A stretch of 64,000 bases of DNA, taken from assembly GCA_048885525.1 (NCBI GenBank), contig JBHLLP010000007.1, positions 50,956-114,955 of the forward strand, written 5' to 3'. This document shows positions 39,851-51,187 of the stretch, piece by piece. Both the position numbers and the translations under genes were made by a program. The notes under the pieces are model-generated. The model saw only the letters and a program-made list of their open reading frames with translations. It had not been told where the DNA came from and did no database searches. Source of the stretch: Candidatus Hermodarchaeota archaeon. GTDB lineage: Archaea; Asgardarchaeota; Lokiarchaeia; Sigyniarchaeales; SOKP01. The number at the start of each line of letters is the position of its first letter. The stretch's first letter is position 1.

Positions 39851-42121
39851 TTATTTCAAATTTTTACCTTCTTGTAATTCATGAATTAAAATTTCATCAA
39901 TTTGAGAAAAAATAGATTCGAGTTTTTCATTAATTATACTTTGAATTTTTTTTTTAGTATAATTAGTTTTCCTATTATTATTTAGTGCTTGAATTGCTTG
40001 TTTCGTAATCAATTGTCCTTTTTTACCTAATTCAGCTAGTTTCTGATGCGCTGGCTTTTTATTATTAAACTTTTCAATTGGAAATTCTAATGGAAGCTTG
40101 AATATATGTCTTGAGCTTCTAATGATATCTACTTGTTTAGTCATCAGATTGGAATTTAAAATGGCTGATAAATAAAAAGCTTCCTCGAGATCGTTAGTAT
40201 CATAGAAAGATAAATCTCCAGTAATTAAAAAATCTCCTTGTACAACTGCAGAATAAAGTATGGATCCAGAATTATTATATACTACCTTAATTTTTGATAA
40301 TTGCCTTTGATTAATCAACTTAGACCATCGGTCTATATTTTCTATTAAAGATTCATGCTTTGTTGTTTCTTTTTTGTATTTAATATACAAATGATTAATT
40401 TTATCATAAAATAGTTTGCCAAATTTATCTAATTTATCATATTTGAAGTGCAAATCTGATTTACTAAGTGGTAAAAACACGTGGTAACTATTAAAAATAA
40501 AAAATTTAACTAATTCTGTACTTTTAACTACTTTAAATATATACTTTTCTTCAATTATTTCACTTTCAAATTCTTTTTTATTCCATGGAGTTTTAGCTCT
40601 TTTGAATATTCTATCATCGGGTTTAATTTTTGCTAAAGTGTTATTAACTCGATCAAATTTTATAAATATTAGATTTCGTGGGTTTAAATCTGCTCCTTTA
40701 TGGAATAATGGTTTATAATGGCTTTCTTCTAATGGATAGAGGTGTTTTAAATTCTCTTGTGAGACAAATTTCTTTATATATTTCTTTCCTGCTTTCTCTT
40801 CAATTAAATAAGGTATTAATAGTTCTACTTTTTCCAATTCCAATTCGATGTCTTTAAAATAGTCAATGGTTTCAAAGTCATTCTTCAGAGTAAAATGATA
40901 AGCTTTGATTTGCCTTTTATTTTTTTGATTTACTATTTTCATTTTTTGTCCGAATAAGCAGATAAAATCGATATTAAATAATGATTCGATTTTTCTTTCA
41001 AAAGTCCAAATTATTAAATTAAATAAACCTTTAAAATTACGGAATCTAGAAGCATGTGAACCTGTAATGACTCCTTTCGTCATTACAAAAAAAATCTTCG
41101 CCCTTTCTTTCATAAATATATTGTGAGCTTTAACAAAAAATAAAGTAGATATTTCTAGATTTAGTAAATTTTTAGGAAGCGGTTTCAATTCTAATTGTTC
41201 AGAAAGTTTTTTAACTTTTTCTTGATACTCCACAGTTTCTATATCACGATAGGTATACCACGGTGGATTCCCTATTATTAAATCAAATTTTTTATCAATA
41301 TCTTTCTCCTTTTGAAATAAAAAGTCGAAAACATATAGATTCAACTTAATATCAATGAAAAATTCTTTTAGTATATAGAACAGGTTAACTTTTGATAAAT
41401 AAATTGAGATGGGATTTATATCATAACCATATATATTATTTATTGCTGTTATTTTTCTCTCTAATGGCTCATCATGAGAAAGTATATGTTTTACAACTTC
41501 AGTTAGAAAATTTCCTGAACCGCAACAAGGATCAAGTACAACATCTCCAAAAGAATAGGCATCTCTGATCATTCTTTTTACCAAGAAGGGAGGAGTATAA
41601 TATTCACCAGATTTATGTCTAATAAGAGGAGAGATTATAGTTTGAATTAAATGATCAAAAAAGTATTCTGGTTCAATATTTAATTTAAAAAGATTCCTAG
41701 AAATCTTTAAAATAAGATCATTAAAAATTGACAGATCTTCTTTTTCCGAAAGAGAAATTAACGGATTAAAATATTTAATCTCAAAAATCTTGAGGTTCTC
41801 ATAATTGTTTTTTATATCATCTTCTAAAATTATAAAATTTTTTAATGATGTACTATGTGTAATTACCTTTTTTTTATAGTTTAAAATAAATTTTGAGATA
41901 AATATATGGCCTATAAAATAAATTAAACCAAAAACAATATATAATTGTAGATTTGCTTGTTTCTTTCCATATATATTTTCAAAATCTTTTATCCATCGCT
42001 TATACTCACTCTTACTATGAATCTCATATTTTCTTAAGATCTTTTCTAATTTTATTATGGTCTCATTTATATACAGAGAATCCAATTCTTCAATTTTATT
42101 TGGATTTAGTACTTTGACCAA
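39851..42121 (-). CDS. N6-adenine DNA methyltransferase with C-terminal target-recognition region
   Basis: GEYYTPP, motif I DPCCGSGNFL, GYDINP, motif IV GNPPW. Confidence 0.88.
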   Translation of the reverse strand: MVKVLNPNKIEELDSLYINETIIKLEKILRKYEIHSKSEYKRWIKDFENIYGKKQANLQLYIVFGLIYFIGHIFISKFILNYKKKVITHSTSLKNFIILEDDIKNNYENLKIFEIKYFNPLISLSEKEDLSIFNDLILKISRNLFKLNIEPEYFFDHLIQTIISPLIRHKSGEYYTPPFLVKRMIRDAYSFGDVVLDPCCGSGNFLTEVVKHILSHDEPLERKITAINNIYGYDINPISIYLSKVNLFYILKEFFIDIKLNLYVFDFLFQKEKDIDKKFDLIIGNPPWYTYRDIETVEYQEKVKKLSEQLELKPLPKNLLNLEISTLFFVKAHNIFMKERAKIFFVMTKGVITGSHASRFRNFKGLFNLIIWTFERKIESLFNIDFICLFGQKMKIVNQKNKRQIKAYHFTLKNDFETIDYFKDIELELEKVELLIPYLIEEKAGKKYIKKFVSQENLKHLYPLEESHYKPLFHKGADLNPRNLIFIKFDRVNNTLAKIKPDDRIFKRAKTPWNKKEFESEIIEEKYIFKVVKSTELVKFFIFNSYHVFLPLSKSDLHFKYDKLDKFGKLFYDKINHLYIKYKKETTKHESLIENIDRWSKLINQRQLSKIKVVYNNSGSILYSAVVQGDFLITGDLSFYDTNDLEEAFYLSAILNSNLMTKQVDIIRSSRHIFKLPLEFPIEKFNNKKPAHQKLAELGKKGQLITKQAIQALNNNRKTNYTKKKIQSIINEKLESIFSQIDEILIHELQEGKNLK

Positions 42122-42237
42122 AAGTTTAAACTCCTTTTTATTTATTGTCTAATATATTCAATGAGCTAACACTTAAATATTAATTAAATACATGTATAAT
42201 ATTTATTAATCTAAACATTAAAAGACATTTTTTAGTT

Positions 42238-42831
42238 TTGACATCAACAGAGATTAAAATATCTAGAACTCTCGAAAATGGAATTGAATTTTCATGCCAA
42301 ATGTGTGGGAAATGTTGTACGGGTTTTAACGAAGGAGAAGTTTACTTATATAAAGAGGATATAATTAGGTTAGCGAATTTTATAAATCTTAAAGGAAAAT
42401 CAGGATTGAGAGAATTTGCTAAAAAATATCTTAAAATTATTAATGATAGCTTTTCATGGAAAGAACCAGATGCTGAAAGAGCTAAAACTTATCGATTTAA
42501 AACCCTTGGATTTAAATTTACCGGAGAAGATGAACGTTGTCATTTTTTAAAAGAAAACAAATGTACAGTTCATATAGCTCGACCATTTCAATGTAGATCA
42601 TTTCCTTTTTGGCAAATGATGGTCTCCAGTAAAAAGAATTTTGAAAACTACACTAAAAAATGCAAGGGTTTACAGGTATTAACGGGAAAATTTTATCCGA
42701 AGGAAGAAATCTTAGATTGGGCAAAAAAAGAATATGAAATTGAAAAGAAATACTTTTTACAAATGAAAAAACATAAATTTAATATTATGAAAGTATATCC
42801 TTTCATCCCTAAAGAAATGCTACAAGACTAG
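42238..42831 (+). CDS. YkgJ-family cysteine-cluster (CxxCxxCC) protein
   Basis: CQMCGKCC...CHFL...CTVHIARPFQCRSFPFW. Confidence 0.88.
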   Translation: MTSTEIKISRTLENGIEFSCQMCGKCCTGFNEGEVYLYKEDIIRLANFINLKGKSGLREFAKKYLKIINDSFSWKEPDAERAKTYRFKTLGFKFTGEDERCHFLKENKCTVHIARPFQCRSFPFWQMMVSSKKNFENYTKKCKGLQVLTGKFYPKEEILDWAKKEYEIEKKYFLQMKKHKFNIMKVYPFIPKEMLQD

Positions 42832-42940
42832 AAAAATTCATCTAGATGGAATAATTTTTGCTTTTCTTTTTAATTTATTTTATACTTGCCCGTTAAAATT
42901 GGTAAGGTAAAAGAAAAAAAAAAGTTAAAATTTAGATTAT

Positions 42941-43654
42941 TTAAAAGTCTAAAAGTAGTAAGACAAATGCAATTAAAAGCAACCAACCACTCCAACCAAC
43001 GATTACTAGTGCTGTTCCCGTTATAAGGGTATATGAAGCTGCCATTAATGTTGCTGTTGACGTTACCCACCAAAAAAATACAAAGCCAAATATTAAGAGA
43101 ACCCACCATTCATAGGGTATTTTTATATCCACAAAATCAAAAATGATTATAATTAACAAGATTGCTACGATTAGTCCAAAAACACCATTTAAGACCACAC
43201 CCGTAGATACAGTCCCACCAGCGCCAGTAACCTCTGCCATACCCATAAATATTATAATACAATCGTAGATTCCGAAAGCAGCACCTAGGAGTGCCATCAT
43301 TTTAGATGCTTTCCATCCTCTCTTTTCGGCGAATAGATCTATTAAAGCTGCCATTGTGACGATTGTTCCAGTAAACCATGATTGTTCACTACCTACAAAT
43401 CCGATTATAATTGTAACTACACCGAAGATAAGAAGAATCCACCAATTAAATGGAAGTTTAATTGGCATTAACTCCCAGTAATTTAAACCAAGAAAAATTA
43501 TTATGGCAAATGCAAGTTCTAATATACCCCAAAGAGCATTTATTTCAGTACCTGTCCCAGTATTGTAGAAATATGTTATAGCATCTAAACCTAAATAGAG
43601 CATTCCTATAAAAGCAAGTAATTTTACTGCTGTGAGTTTTTCACCTTCACTCAT
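42941..43654 (-). CDS. Membrane protein with internal two-fold repeat
   Basis: Likely start MSEGEK (ATG 43654); repeats KLPFNWWILLIFG / KIPYEWWVLLIFG. Confidence 0.75.
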   Translation of the reverse strand: MSEGEKLTAVKLLAFIGMLYLGLDAITYFYNTGTGTEINALWGILELAFAIIIFLGLNYWELMPIKLPFNWWILLIFGVVTIIIGFVGSEQSWFTGTIVTMAALIDLFAEKRGWKASKMMALLGAAFGIYDCIIIFMGMAEVTGAGGTVSTGVVLNGVFGLIVAILLIIIIFDFVDIKIPYEWWVLLIFGFVFFWWVTSTATLMAASYTLITGTALVIVGWSGWLLLIAFVLLLLDF

Positions 43655-44003
43655 ATTTATCACTAAAATTTTTTTTATATTTTTTTTTAATTCCAAATTG
43701 GAATCAGAATTAGATTATTTTGCCCAATTTAAAAGCTTTTACATATTTCTTATTATATGCTTAATAGCATTATCCTTCTTAAAATGAAAAATAGATTGAC
43801 AATTATCAATATATTTAAAATTTGGAACTTTTTATTCTAATTTGAACTGGAGTTTTTCACAGAACCCTAAAAAAAGATATCTATTTAATTAGATGTTTAT
43901 TTATATTTTAAATTTAAAATTATAATTTCTTGTTTCCAAAAATAATATCAATAGTTATTAAAAAAACGACTTTATATTAATTAGAGTTAAATAAGAATGT
44001 TTA

Positions 44004-46412
44004 ATGATTCGTGGTTTAAAATTGAAAATTGGCCTATTTTTATGTGATTGTGGTAAGAACATTAGTGGTGTAATTGATAATAACACGTTAGTCAATCATT
44101 TTGAGAAATATCCTGATTTACATGTATTTAGAGACCAGTATTTATGTTCTGAATTAGGTTTAAATAAAATTATTGATGAGATCAAAGAAAAAAAAGTTGA
44201 TCGTGTGGTTATTGCTGCTTGTTCATTTAAATTACATGGTTTACTTTTTCGTAAAACTATTGAAAAAGCAGGTATTAATCGATTTTTAATATCATTTGCT
44301 AACATACGAGAACAGAATTCATGGGTTCATTATGATGAACCAAAAAAGGCAACAAGAAAGGCAATAGATCAAATAAATATGGCAATAGAACGTGTTAAAC
44401 TTTTAGAGCCATTAGAAGTTCAATATTCGGATATCTCACCATCTGTTTTAATCATTGGAGGTGGTATTGCTGGAATCAAAGCTGCTCTTATAATTGCTGA
44501 TACAGGGAATAAAGTATATTTAGTCGAAAAAGAGCCTACAATTGGGGGTCATATGGCGTTATTTGATAAGACATTCCCCACTTTGGATTGCTCAATTTGT
44601 ATACTAGGTCCATTAATGACGGAGGTAAAAGATCATCCAAATATTGAATTATTAACTTACTCTACAATTGAGAGTGTTGACGGTTATATTGGAAATTTTG
44701 ATGTGAAAATCAAAAAAAAACCGCGATTTATTAAAGAAGATGATTGTGTAGGATGTTTTGATATTTGTCGAGAAGTTTGTCCAATAGATGTAGAAGAAAC
44801 ATTCTTTCCCAGAAAAGCGATAGATGTTCCTTATCCTCAAGCAATACCCTTATTTCCAAATATCTTAGAAGAAACCTGTATTGGTTGTAAAGCATGTGCT
44901 CAAGCTTGCGACAGAGATGCTATTGATTTTGACCAAAAAGCCGAAATTGTCAATATAACAGTAGGATCGATTATAGTAGCAACAGGTTTGAAACCATTTG
45001 ATCCCTCAGTATTGGGAGAATATAGTTATGAGAAATATCCCGATGTAATCACAACCATGCAAATGGAAAGGTTACTAAATAACGATGGGCCAACTCATGG
45101 GAATGTAGTAAAACCTTCTAATGGGCAAATTCCTAAAAAAGTTTCTTTTATATTATGTGTAGGTTCTCGGAATAAAAAAATCCATCATGATTATTGTAGT
45201 CAAGTATGTTGTAATGTAGCAATCAAACAAGCTGTACTATTAAAAAAAGAAAATCCAGAAATAAAAATTAATATTTATTATACTGATATTAGAGCAATGG
45301 GCAAAAATTGTGAGGAATTCTACAATCGAGCACGAGAAACTTTTGGAGTACGCTTCATAAAAAGCAATATATCAGCTATTTTAAAAAGCGATACATCAGA
45401 CGATTTAATAATCCGTGGTGAAGATATTATTGAAGGTGCTATTTTTGAAAATAAAACAGATTTAGTAGTGTTAGCAGTGGGTATAGAGCCCGCAGAAGGA
45501 ACTGATGAATTAACTAAAAAATTAAATATTTCCCAAGATCCTTATGGCTTTTTATTAGAGAAACACTTAAAAGTTAAACCCTCTGAAACACTTGTTAGTG
45601 GAATTTTCATAGCAGGAGCGATCCAAGGGCCTAAAGACATACCTAATAGTATTGCTCAAGCAGAAAGCGCAGCTTCTAAATCAATTGCACTAATTACACG
45701 TGGAAAAGTAGAGTTAGATCCGCACGTTGTCTACTTTAATGAGGATAAATGTGATTTGTGTAGGTTATGTGAAAATATATGCGAATTTAATGCGTTAAGA
45801 ATTGAAGATAAAAAATTAAAAATTACTCAAGCTAATTGTTCCGGATGTGGTGCATGTGTGGCAATGTGTCCCTATGATGCACTTTATATCCCAGGTTTCA
45901 GAAGAGAACAAATCTCAGCACAGTTAAAATCTGTACTCACTGAAAAAAAAGAATTTCCATTAATCATTTCCTTTTTATGTAACTGGTGTTCTTATGTTGG
46001 AGCAGACTTAGCTGGAACAAGCAAAATAAATTATCCAACAAATACTAGAACAATTCATGTTATGTGTACAGCAATGCTTAACCCATCATTAATTTTCGAG
46101 AGCTTCTTTTACGGTGCTGATGGTGTATTGATTGCTGGTTGTCATCCCCAAGATTGTCATTATGAAACTGGCTTCCTTAAAGCAAAAAGTCGTTATGAAA
46201 GTATTAAAGAAATGTTAGCCGAAGCAAATATAAATGAAAATCGGATTAAAATTGTAAGTATCTCAGCGGGAGAAGGGGAGAAATTTGCTCAAGTAATAAA
46301 GGAATTCAGAGACGAGTTAAAAAAAATAGGTCCAATCCAGCCTGGTGAATATCTAAAACCTCCCACAACAATAAAACAACCAGAAGATAAAGCCAAGCTA
46401 AATGAAATTTAA
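44004..46412 (+). CDS. hdrA: HdrA (FAD, Fe-S) fused to C-terminal MvhD
   Basis: ANIREQ, GGGIAG, KTFPTLDCSIC, CVGSR..YCSQVCC, GPKDIP; MvhD FLCNWCSY...GCHPQDCHY. Confidence 0.93.
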   Translation: MIRGLKLKIGLFLCDCGKNISGVIDNNTLVNHFEKYPDLHVFRDQYLCSELGLNKIIDEIKEKKVDRVVIAACSFKLHGLLFRKTIEKAGINRFLISFANIREQNSWVHYDEPKKATRKAIDQINMAIERVKLLEPLEVQYSDISPSVLIIGGGIAGIKAALIIADTGNKVYLVEKEPTIGGHMALFDKTFPTLDCSICILGPLMTEVKDHPNIELLTYSTIESVDGYIGNFDVKIKKKPRFIKEDDCVGCFDICREVCPIDVEETFFPRKAIDVPYPQAIPLFPNILEETCIGCKACAQACDRDAIDFDQKAEIVNITVGSIIVATGLKPFDPSVLGEYSYEKYPDVITTMQMERLLNNDGPTHGNVVKPSNGQIPKKVSFILCVGSRNKKIHHDYCSQVCCNVAIKQAVLLKKENPEIKINIYYTDIRAMGKNCEEFYNRARETFGVRFIKSNISAILKSDTSDDLIIRGEDIIEGAIFENKTDLVVLAVGIEPAEGTDELTKKLNISQDPYGFLLEKHLKVKPSETLVSGIFIAGAIQGPKDIPNSIAQAESAASKSIALITRGKVELDPHVVYFNEDKCDLCRLCENICEFNALRIEDKKLKITQANCSGCGACVAMCPYDALYIPGFRREQISAQLKSVLTEKKEFPLIISFLCNWCSYVGADLAGTSKINYPTNTRTIHVMCTAMLNPSLIFESFFYGADGVLIAGCHPQDCHYETGFLKAKSRYESIKEMLAEANINENRIKIVSISAGEGEKFAQVIKEFRDELKKIGPIQPGEYLKPPTTIKQPEDKAKLNEI

Positions 46413-46575
46413 AAAGGTAATTCAAACTCACTAACAACAAATATGAATTTCCTTAAGAATAAATGCTAATTTTTTATTACTAGCTCTCTAATAAACCTTA
46501 TTAAGAGATTTTTTTTATTAATTATATTATTGATAGCGATTTTTAATTATAAAAATATAATTTAACGGGTTAATA

Positions 46576-47862
46576 ATGAGAATTAGAGCGATTACTCTTG
46601 GTCAAATTATACCTTTTCTCTATAAGAATGAAACAATACTCTCATTTTTACAAGATAGGTTGGATATTTTCTCCTCTTTTGCTAATGAACTTAAGAATGC
46701 GCTAAAAAAAATCGAGATAGAGGTTGATACTAAAAGATTTTGTTCTCAACCACTTTTTAGTTATGATAATAAATTATTTTATGAAAAAAACTTAAGAGAA
46801 ACATTAGTAAACATAAATGATCAACTAGGATTCTTACAAGATATGTTTAAAGATTACGATTTCGACTATTTTGCTTGCTGTATGATGATGGCAGATCAAA
46901 TTGAAGAATTGGGTATTTTTGAAAAACTATTATTAAATGAAGTTCCTCAATTTCTTAAAAATCACAGAAACTTTTTCACATCATTACCAGCTGCATCGAC
47001 TGAAAAAGGAATTAATATTGCAGCTTTAAAGTCAGGTGCAAAAATAATTAAGGAATTATCTGAACCAGATCCTTTTAACAACTTACAATTCTGTGTATCT
47101 GCAAATGTTGGTCCAAACAATCCTTTCTTTCCTGCTGCTTACCACTTTTCAGAAAAACCAGGCTTTTCATTAGCTTTAGAAATGGCAGATGAAGTAATAA
47201 ATGCCATTGAAGAAACAAGCACATTAAAAGATGCACAGCTTAATTTATTAGCAAAATTTAACGAGATATATGATAATTTGACAAAAATTGCTGAAAAAGT
47301 TAGTAGAAACTTCGATATTGAATTTAAAGGAATAGATCTTACTCCCGCTCCTTATCCTATGATAGATAAGAGCATAGGGACTGCTATTGAAAAATTGGGA
47401 GTTGAATATTTTGGAGCTAACGGAACATTGACCTGCATTGCTTTAATTAAGAATTCAATCCCTATTAATAAAAAGAAAATTATTGGTTTTTCTGGTTTTA
47501 TGCAACCCGTGTTAGAAGATTTTATTTTATCAAAAAGACTATCTGAATATAAGTTCAATTTAGATTCTCTCCTATTGTATTCTACTATGTGTGGAGCTGG
47601 TCTTGATGTAGTTCCTCTTCCTGGTGATATTACACAAAAAGAATTATTTTACATTTTACTCGATATTTGTACCATATCTGTGAATTTAAACAAACCTTTA
47701 ACTTGTAGACTTATGCCCATTCCTGATAAAAGTCCAGGGGATGATATTGAGTTTGAGTTTGAATATTTCGCTCCTACGAAAATTATAGATTTTAGAAGAA
47801 TTATTGATGAGAATAAAAATGATTTGTTCAGTCGAAATGAGAAAAATTTAAAATTTCTTTAA
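46576..47862 (+). CDS. DUF711 (UPF0210) family protein
   Basis: PFFPAAYH, GIDLTPAP, GFSGFMQPVLED, STMCGAGLDVVPLPGD, KPLTCRLMP. Confidence 0.85.
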   Translation: MRIRAITLGQIIPFLYKNETILSFLQDRLDIFSSFANELKNALKKIEIEVDTKRFCSQPLFSYDNKLFYEKNLRETLVNINDQLGFLQDMFKDYDFDYFACCMMMADQIEELGIFEKLLLNEVPQFLKNHRNFFTSLPAASTEKGINIAALKSGAKIIKELSEPDPFNNLQFCVSANVGPNNPFFPAAYHFSEKPGFSLALEMADEVINAIEETSTLKDAQLNLLAKFNEIYDNLTKIAEKVSRNFDIEFKGIDLTPAPYPMIDKSIGTAIEKLGVEYFGANGTLTCIALIKNSIPINKKKIIGFSGFMQPVLEDFILSKRLSEYKFNLDSLLLYSTMCGAGLDVVPLPGDITQKELFYILLDICTISVNLNKPLTCRLMPIPDKSPGDDIEFEFEYFAPTKIIDFRRIIDENKNDLFSRNEKNLKFL

Positions 47863-47896
47863 TAAAATTTTTTAAAGAGGTTATCTAATTATTTTT

Positions 47897-48388
47897 TTGA
47901 AAACACTCAAAAATTATAATTGTATTATTTCTATGAAAGAGAAAATAAAGAACAAACCATTGCGGTTCTTCAATGAAGCTGTTGAATATATTGATAAATT
48001 CGATAACCAAGAGATCTTTATGGAAGAAAGTAGAGTTCCGTTAGATGTTAGAAATTATAATTCAAACTTTTTAAGAGATGAAATGATAAATGAATTAAAT
48101 AATCTAAAAGAACTCATTCGAAATAACCCTGATTTAAAAATCGAGAAATTATCAAAAGAAGAAAGAGATACTTTTTATAAGTTTATCAAATGGGCAAAAA
48201 TCTGCCCAATTTGTGGAAATCAAAATCATTTTTTCAACTTAAAACGATTATTTTTTGATGAAGAGAAGAAATCACTTGTAAAAGAAATGATAAGATTGAT
48301 GACATTGGATAACAGAAAGCTAAGAGCTTTTAATCTACTATTAGGAGTTCCTTGCTGTAATTGCTATAAGATCTTCTTCGAAAAATAA
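47897..48388 (+). CDS. Hypothetical protein with CPICG and CCNC motifs
   Basis: 163-aa ORF with a split zinc-binding site. Confidence 0.7.
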   Translation: MKTLKNYNCIISMKEKIKNKPLRFFNEAVEYIDKFDNQEIFMEESRVPLDVRNYNSNFLRDEMINELNNLKELIRNNPDLKIEKLSKEERDTFYKFIKWAKICPICGNQNHFFNLKRLFFDEEKKSLVKEMIRLMTLDNRKLRAFNLLLGVPCCNCYKIFFEK

Positions 48389-48406
48389 ATTAGAACATAC
48401 TATTTT

Positions 48407-48745
48407 CTATTTTAAATATTCAATTACTTTTCCACTTTGAGTGATTTCATAATAAATTTCTTTTGTTTTTTCATCAGTTATTGGTTGAATACAAAAAGCT
48501 TTGATTAAAAAATCCATGTTATAGTTGAATACATATTCATCATCAATTATATTATTCACAGCAAGTTTTTTTATTAGATCACTTTTAGAAACCCGTTTTG
48601 ATTCGTTCACTATATTCAGAATTTCACGGCGAATTGGATGGTTCACAGCTTTAAGATATAGATCATGTAAATACCTAGTACCTTCAACTGTTTTGCCAAA
48701 ATCTTCCATTGTTTTATAATTCTTGAAATCAAACTCATTAGGCAT
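48407..48745 (-). CDS. ArsR-like winged-helix protein
   Basis: AVNHPIRREIL...YYEITQSG. Confidence 0.75.
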   Translation of the reverse strand: MPNEFDFKNYKTMEDFGKTVEGTRYLHDLYLKAVNHPIRREILNIVNESKRVSKSDLIKKLAVNNIIDDEYVFNYNMDFLIKAFCIQPITDEKTKEIYYEITQSGKVIEYLK

Positions 48746-48884
48746 ATTTGAGTAAAAGAATAAAGAAAGAAAAATCTTTGGTTTGTAAAGATAGACTCTA
48801 AATCTATTGAAATATAAAGGTACTTTAAATAATTGAATTTAAAGTCAATTATTGAAGATATTACTATATAAGAAGTGAAAAAGT

Positions 48885-49169
48885 TTGGAAAAAATTAAAG
48901 TATCTCACAGCCCTAAAATGGATTCAATTAGTAAAAAAGAGAAAGTTGGGAGTAAAATTGATAGTTTATGGGAGGAAAATTCAGTATATAATAAAAAAAC
49001 AAAGTATGAATCTAAAAAACTAATAATAAAGCTCGAGACAAATGGTACGGAAAAAAGAAAGATTATGTTAAAAATGGAAAGTGGAAGTCCAAACGTTAAT
49101 TCTAATAATTATACTCTCATTTCTGAGATATTAAAAGAATTTTTTAATAATAATAGTAATTTTGATTAA
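48885..49169 (+). CDS. Hypothetical protein
   Basis: 94-aa ORF, no recognisable motif. Confidence 0.45.
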   Translation: MEKIKVSHSPKMDSISKKEKVGSKIDSLWEENSVYNKKTKYESKKLIIKLETNGTEKRKIMLKMESGSPNVNSNNYTLISEILKEFFNNNSNFD

Positions 49170-49303
49170 ATTAATAAATTTATTTCATTAAGTTCTCTCT
49201 GGTTACTTATATTTTTTTGAAGAAATTAAAAGTAAAATATTTTATTTTAGGACTCCTATTTCTTCATTAATTTTAATTTAATACTAAACTTGATGTATAA
49301 AAA

Positions 49304-50365
49304 ATGAATTTTGAAGAAATTAAAAGTATATTAGGTTCTGATGCCGATAATTTGTTAAATCATGTATGTACCGGGATTCCTAAAGAAAATGTTCATCAAC
49401 CTGGACCAGATTTTATAGAACGAGTATTTGAACATTCAGATAGAAATAATATTGTATTAAATAATATGGAACGATTATTTACCCAAATTGGTAGATTATC
49501 AGGTACAGGATATCTCTCAGTATTACCCGTTGATCAGGGAATTGAACATTCTGCTTCAGCTAGTTTTGCTCTTAATCCTTCATATTTCGATCCTGAAAAC
49601 ATTATTAAACTTGCGATAAACGGAGGTTGTAGTGCTGTTGCTTCTACGCTTGGCGTTTTAGGTTCTGTTGCAAGAAGATATGCTCATAAAATTCCATTTA
49701 TAGTAAAGATCAATCATAATGAATTGCTTACAAAACCCCCAATCTCAGATCAAACCCTATTCGCAAATGTAGAACAAGCATTTGATATGGGTGCAGCTGC
49801 AGTAGGAGCAACAATATATTTTGGATCTTATGAATCAAGACGCCAAATTCAAGAGATTAGTGAATCATTTAGATATGCTCATGAGTTAGGATTAGTTTGT
49901 GTCCTTTGGTGTTATTTAAGAAATCAAGAAGAATTTATCAAAGATGGAAAAGATTATCACACAGCAAATGATTTAGAAAGCCAAGCAAATTATTTAGGAG
50001 TTACTATAGAAGCAGACATTATAAAACAAAAATTATCTACTCTTAATCGTGGTTTTCTTGATTTAAACTTTGGTAAAACAGATAAGCTTGTTTATGAAAA
50101 ATTAGCAACCGATCACCCAATTGAATGGAATCGTTACCAAGTAGCAAATTGCTATATGGGAAGAATAGGTTTAATTAATTCTGGTGGAGAAGCTGGAGGT
50201 ACCGATCTTCAAGATGCAGTCACTGCTGCTGTCATTAATAAACGCTCAGGAGGTATGGGTTTAATTTTGGGACGCAAAGCATTTAAAAAAACTACTCCTG
50301 AAGGGATTAAAATTCTCAATGCCGTACAAGATGTTTATTTATGTCAAGAAATTACTATTGCTTAA
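49304..50365 (+). CDS. fbaB: Class I fructose-bisphosphate aldolase (FbaB/DhnA type)
   Basis: [45 protein letters not shown]. Confidence 0.93.
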   Translation: MNFEEIKSILGSDADNLLNHVCTGIPKENVHQPGPDFIERVFEHSDRNNIVLNNMERLFTQIGRLSGTGYLSVLPVDQGIEHSASASFALNPSYFDPENIIKLAINGGCSAVASTLGVLGSVARRYAHKIPFIVKINHNELLTKPPISDQTLFANVEQAFDMGAAAVGATIYFGSYESRRQIQEISESFRYAHELGLVCVLWCYLRNQEEFIKDGKDYHTANDLESQANYLGVTIEADIIKQKLSTLNRGFLDLNFGKTDKLVYEKLATDHPIEWNRYQVANCYMGRIGLINSGGEAGGTDLQDAVTAAVINKRSGGMGLILGRKAFKKTTPEGIKILNAVQDVYLCQEITIA

Positions 50366-50471
50366 TAATTCTCTAAATACTCTTTTTTTTAATTTATTTT
50401 AAATTAAATTAAAATTAAAAATAAAAACATCATTATTCATTATAAAGAATTAATTTTTTCTTAAGATTACT

Positions 50472-51092
50472 ATGGGAAAAGAAAGAGATTTTAGACTAGA
50501 TCCAAATTATAATCCTTATAGAGTCAAAAAGACGACTCCTGCCTCCAAAGAAACAGTCATTGATTTTGATACTAGGAGAATTTGTCCTGCTTGTGGATTA
50601 GACATTAAAATAAGCCACAATTTTTGTAAACGTTGCGGTGTAGATTTAAGTGCAATTGAGCCAATAGGAAATGATGAAATTTCTAAACAATTAGCAATAA
50701 CAGCCATCACTGATCCTGATCCAGAAGTACGAAAAGAAGCAGTTGATACTTTAGGAGATTTTGGAGATAATAAAGTATTAGGAGTTCTTACATATGTCTT
50801 ATTAAACGATCCAGATGAAAATGTAAGAAAAGAAGCTGCAGATGAACTTGGAGATCTCCACCATCCCTACAGTTTGGAGGTATTTACTAAAGCATTAAAA
50901 GATGAGAGTGCATTAGTTAGAAAGGAAGCAATAGAGGGTTTAAAGAAAATTAAAAAGAAGATCAAGACAGAGAAATTAGATGAAGGAAAACCAGAGAGTA
51001 GGTCAGCTGAAGAAGAAAAACCTAAACCAGGAGAAAAGACGGAGGAAAGTGCAGAAGAAAAGACAGAAGAAAGTAATAATAATCTAATCTAA
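50472..51092 (+). CDS. Zinc-ribbon + HEAT-repeat protein
   Basis: CPACG..FCKRCG; repeats DPDPEVRKEAVDTLG / DPDENVRKEAADELG. Confidence 0.85.
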   Translation: MGKERDFRLDPNYNPYRVKKTTPASKETVIDFDTRRICPACGLDIKISHNFCKRCGVDLSAIEPIGNDEISKQLAITAITDPDPEVRKEAVDTLGDFGDNKVLGVLTYVLLNDPDENVRKEAADELGDLHHPYSLEVFTKALKDESALVRKEAIEGLKKIKKKIKTEKLDEGKPESRSAEEEKPKPGEKTEESAEEKTEESNNNLI

Positions 51093-51187
51093 AAAAATTT
51101 TCTATTTTTTTTTTATTTAAGTAAATCCTTATATATCAGAATGAAAAATGTAAGAAAATTTAAAATTATAATTAAGAATGGAAGAGT

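Noticed and set aside
44004-46412. Selenocysteine-containing HdrA/MvhD
   Set aside because: The ORF is uninterrupted and the relevant motifs use Cys (TLDCSIC, GCHPQDCH).
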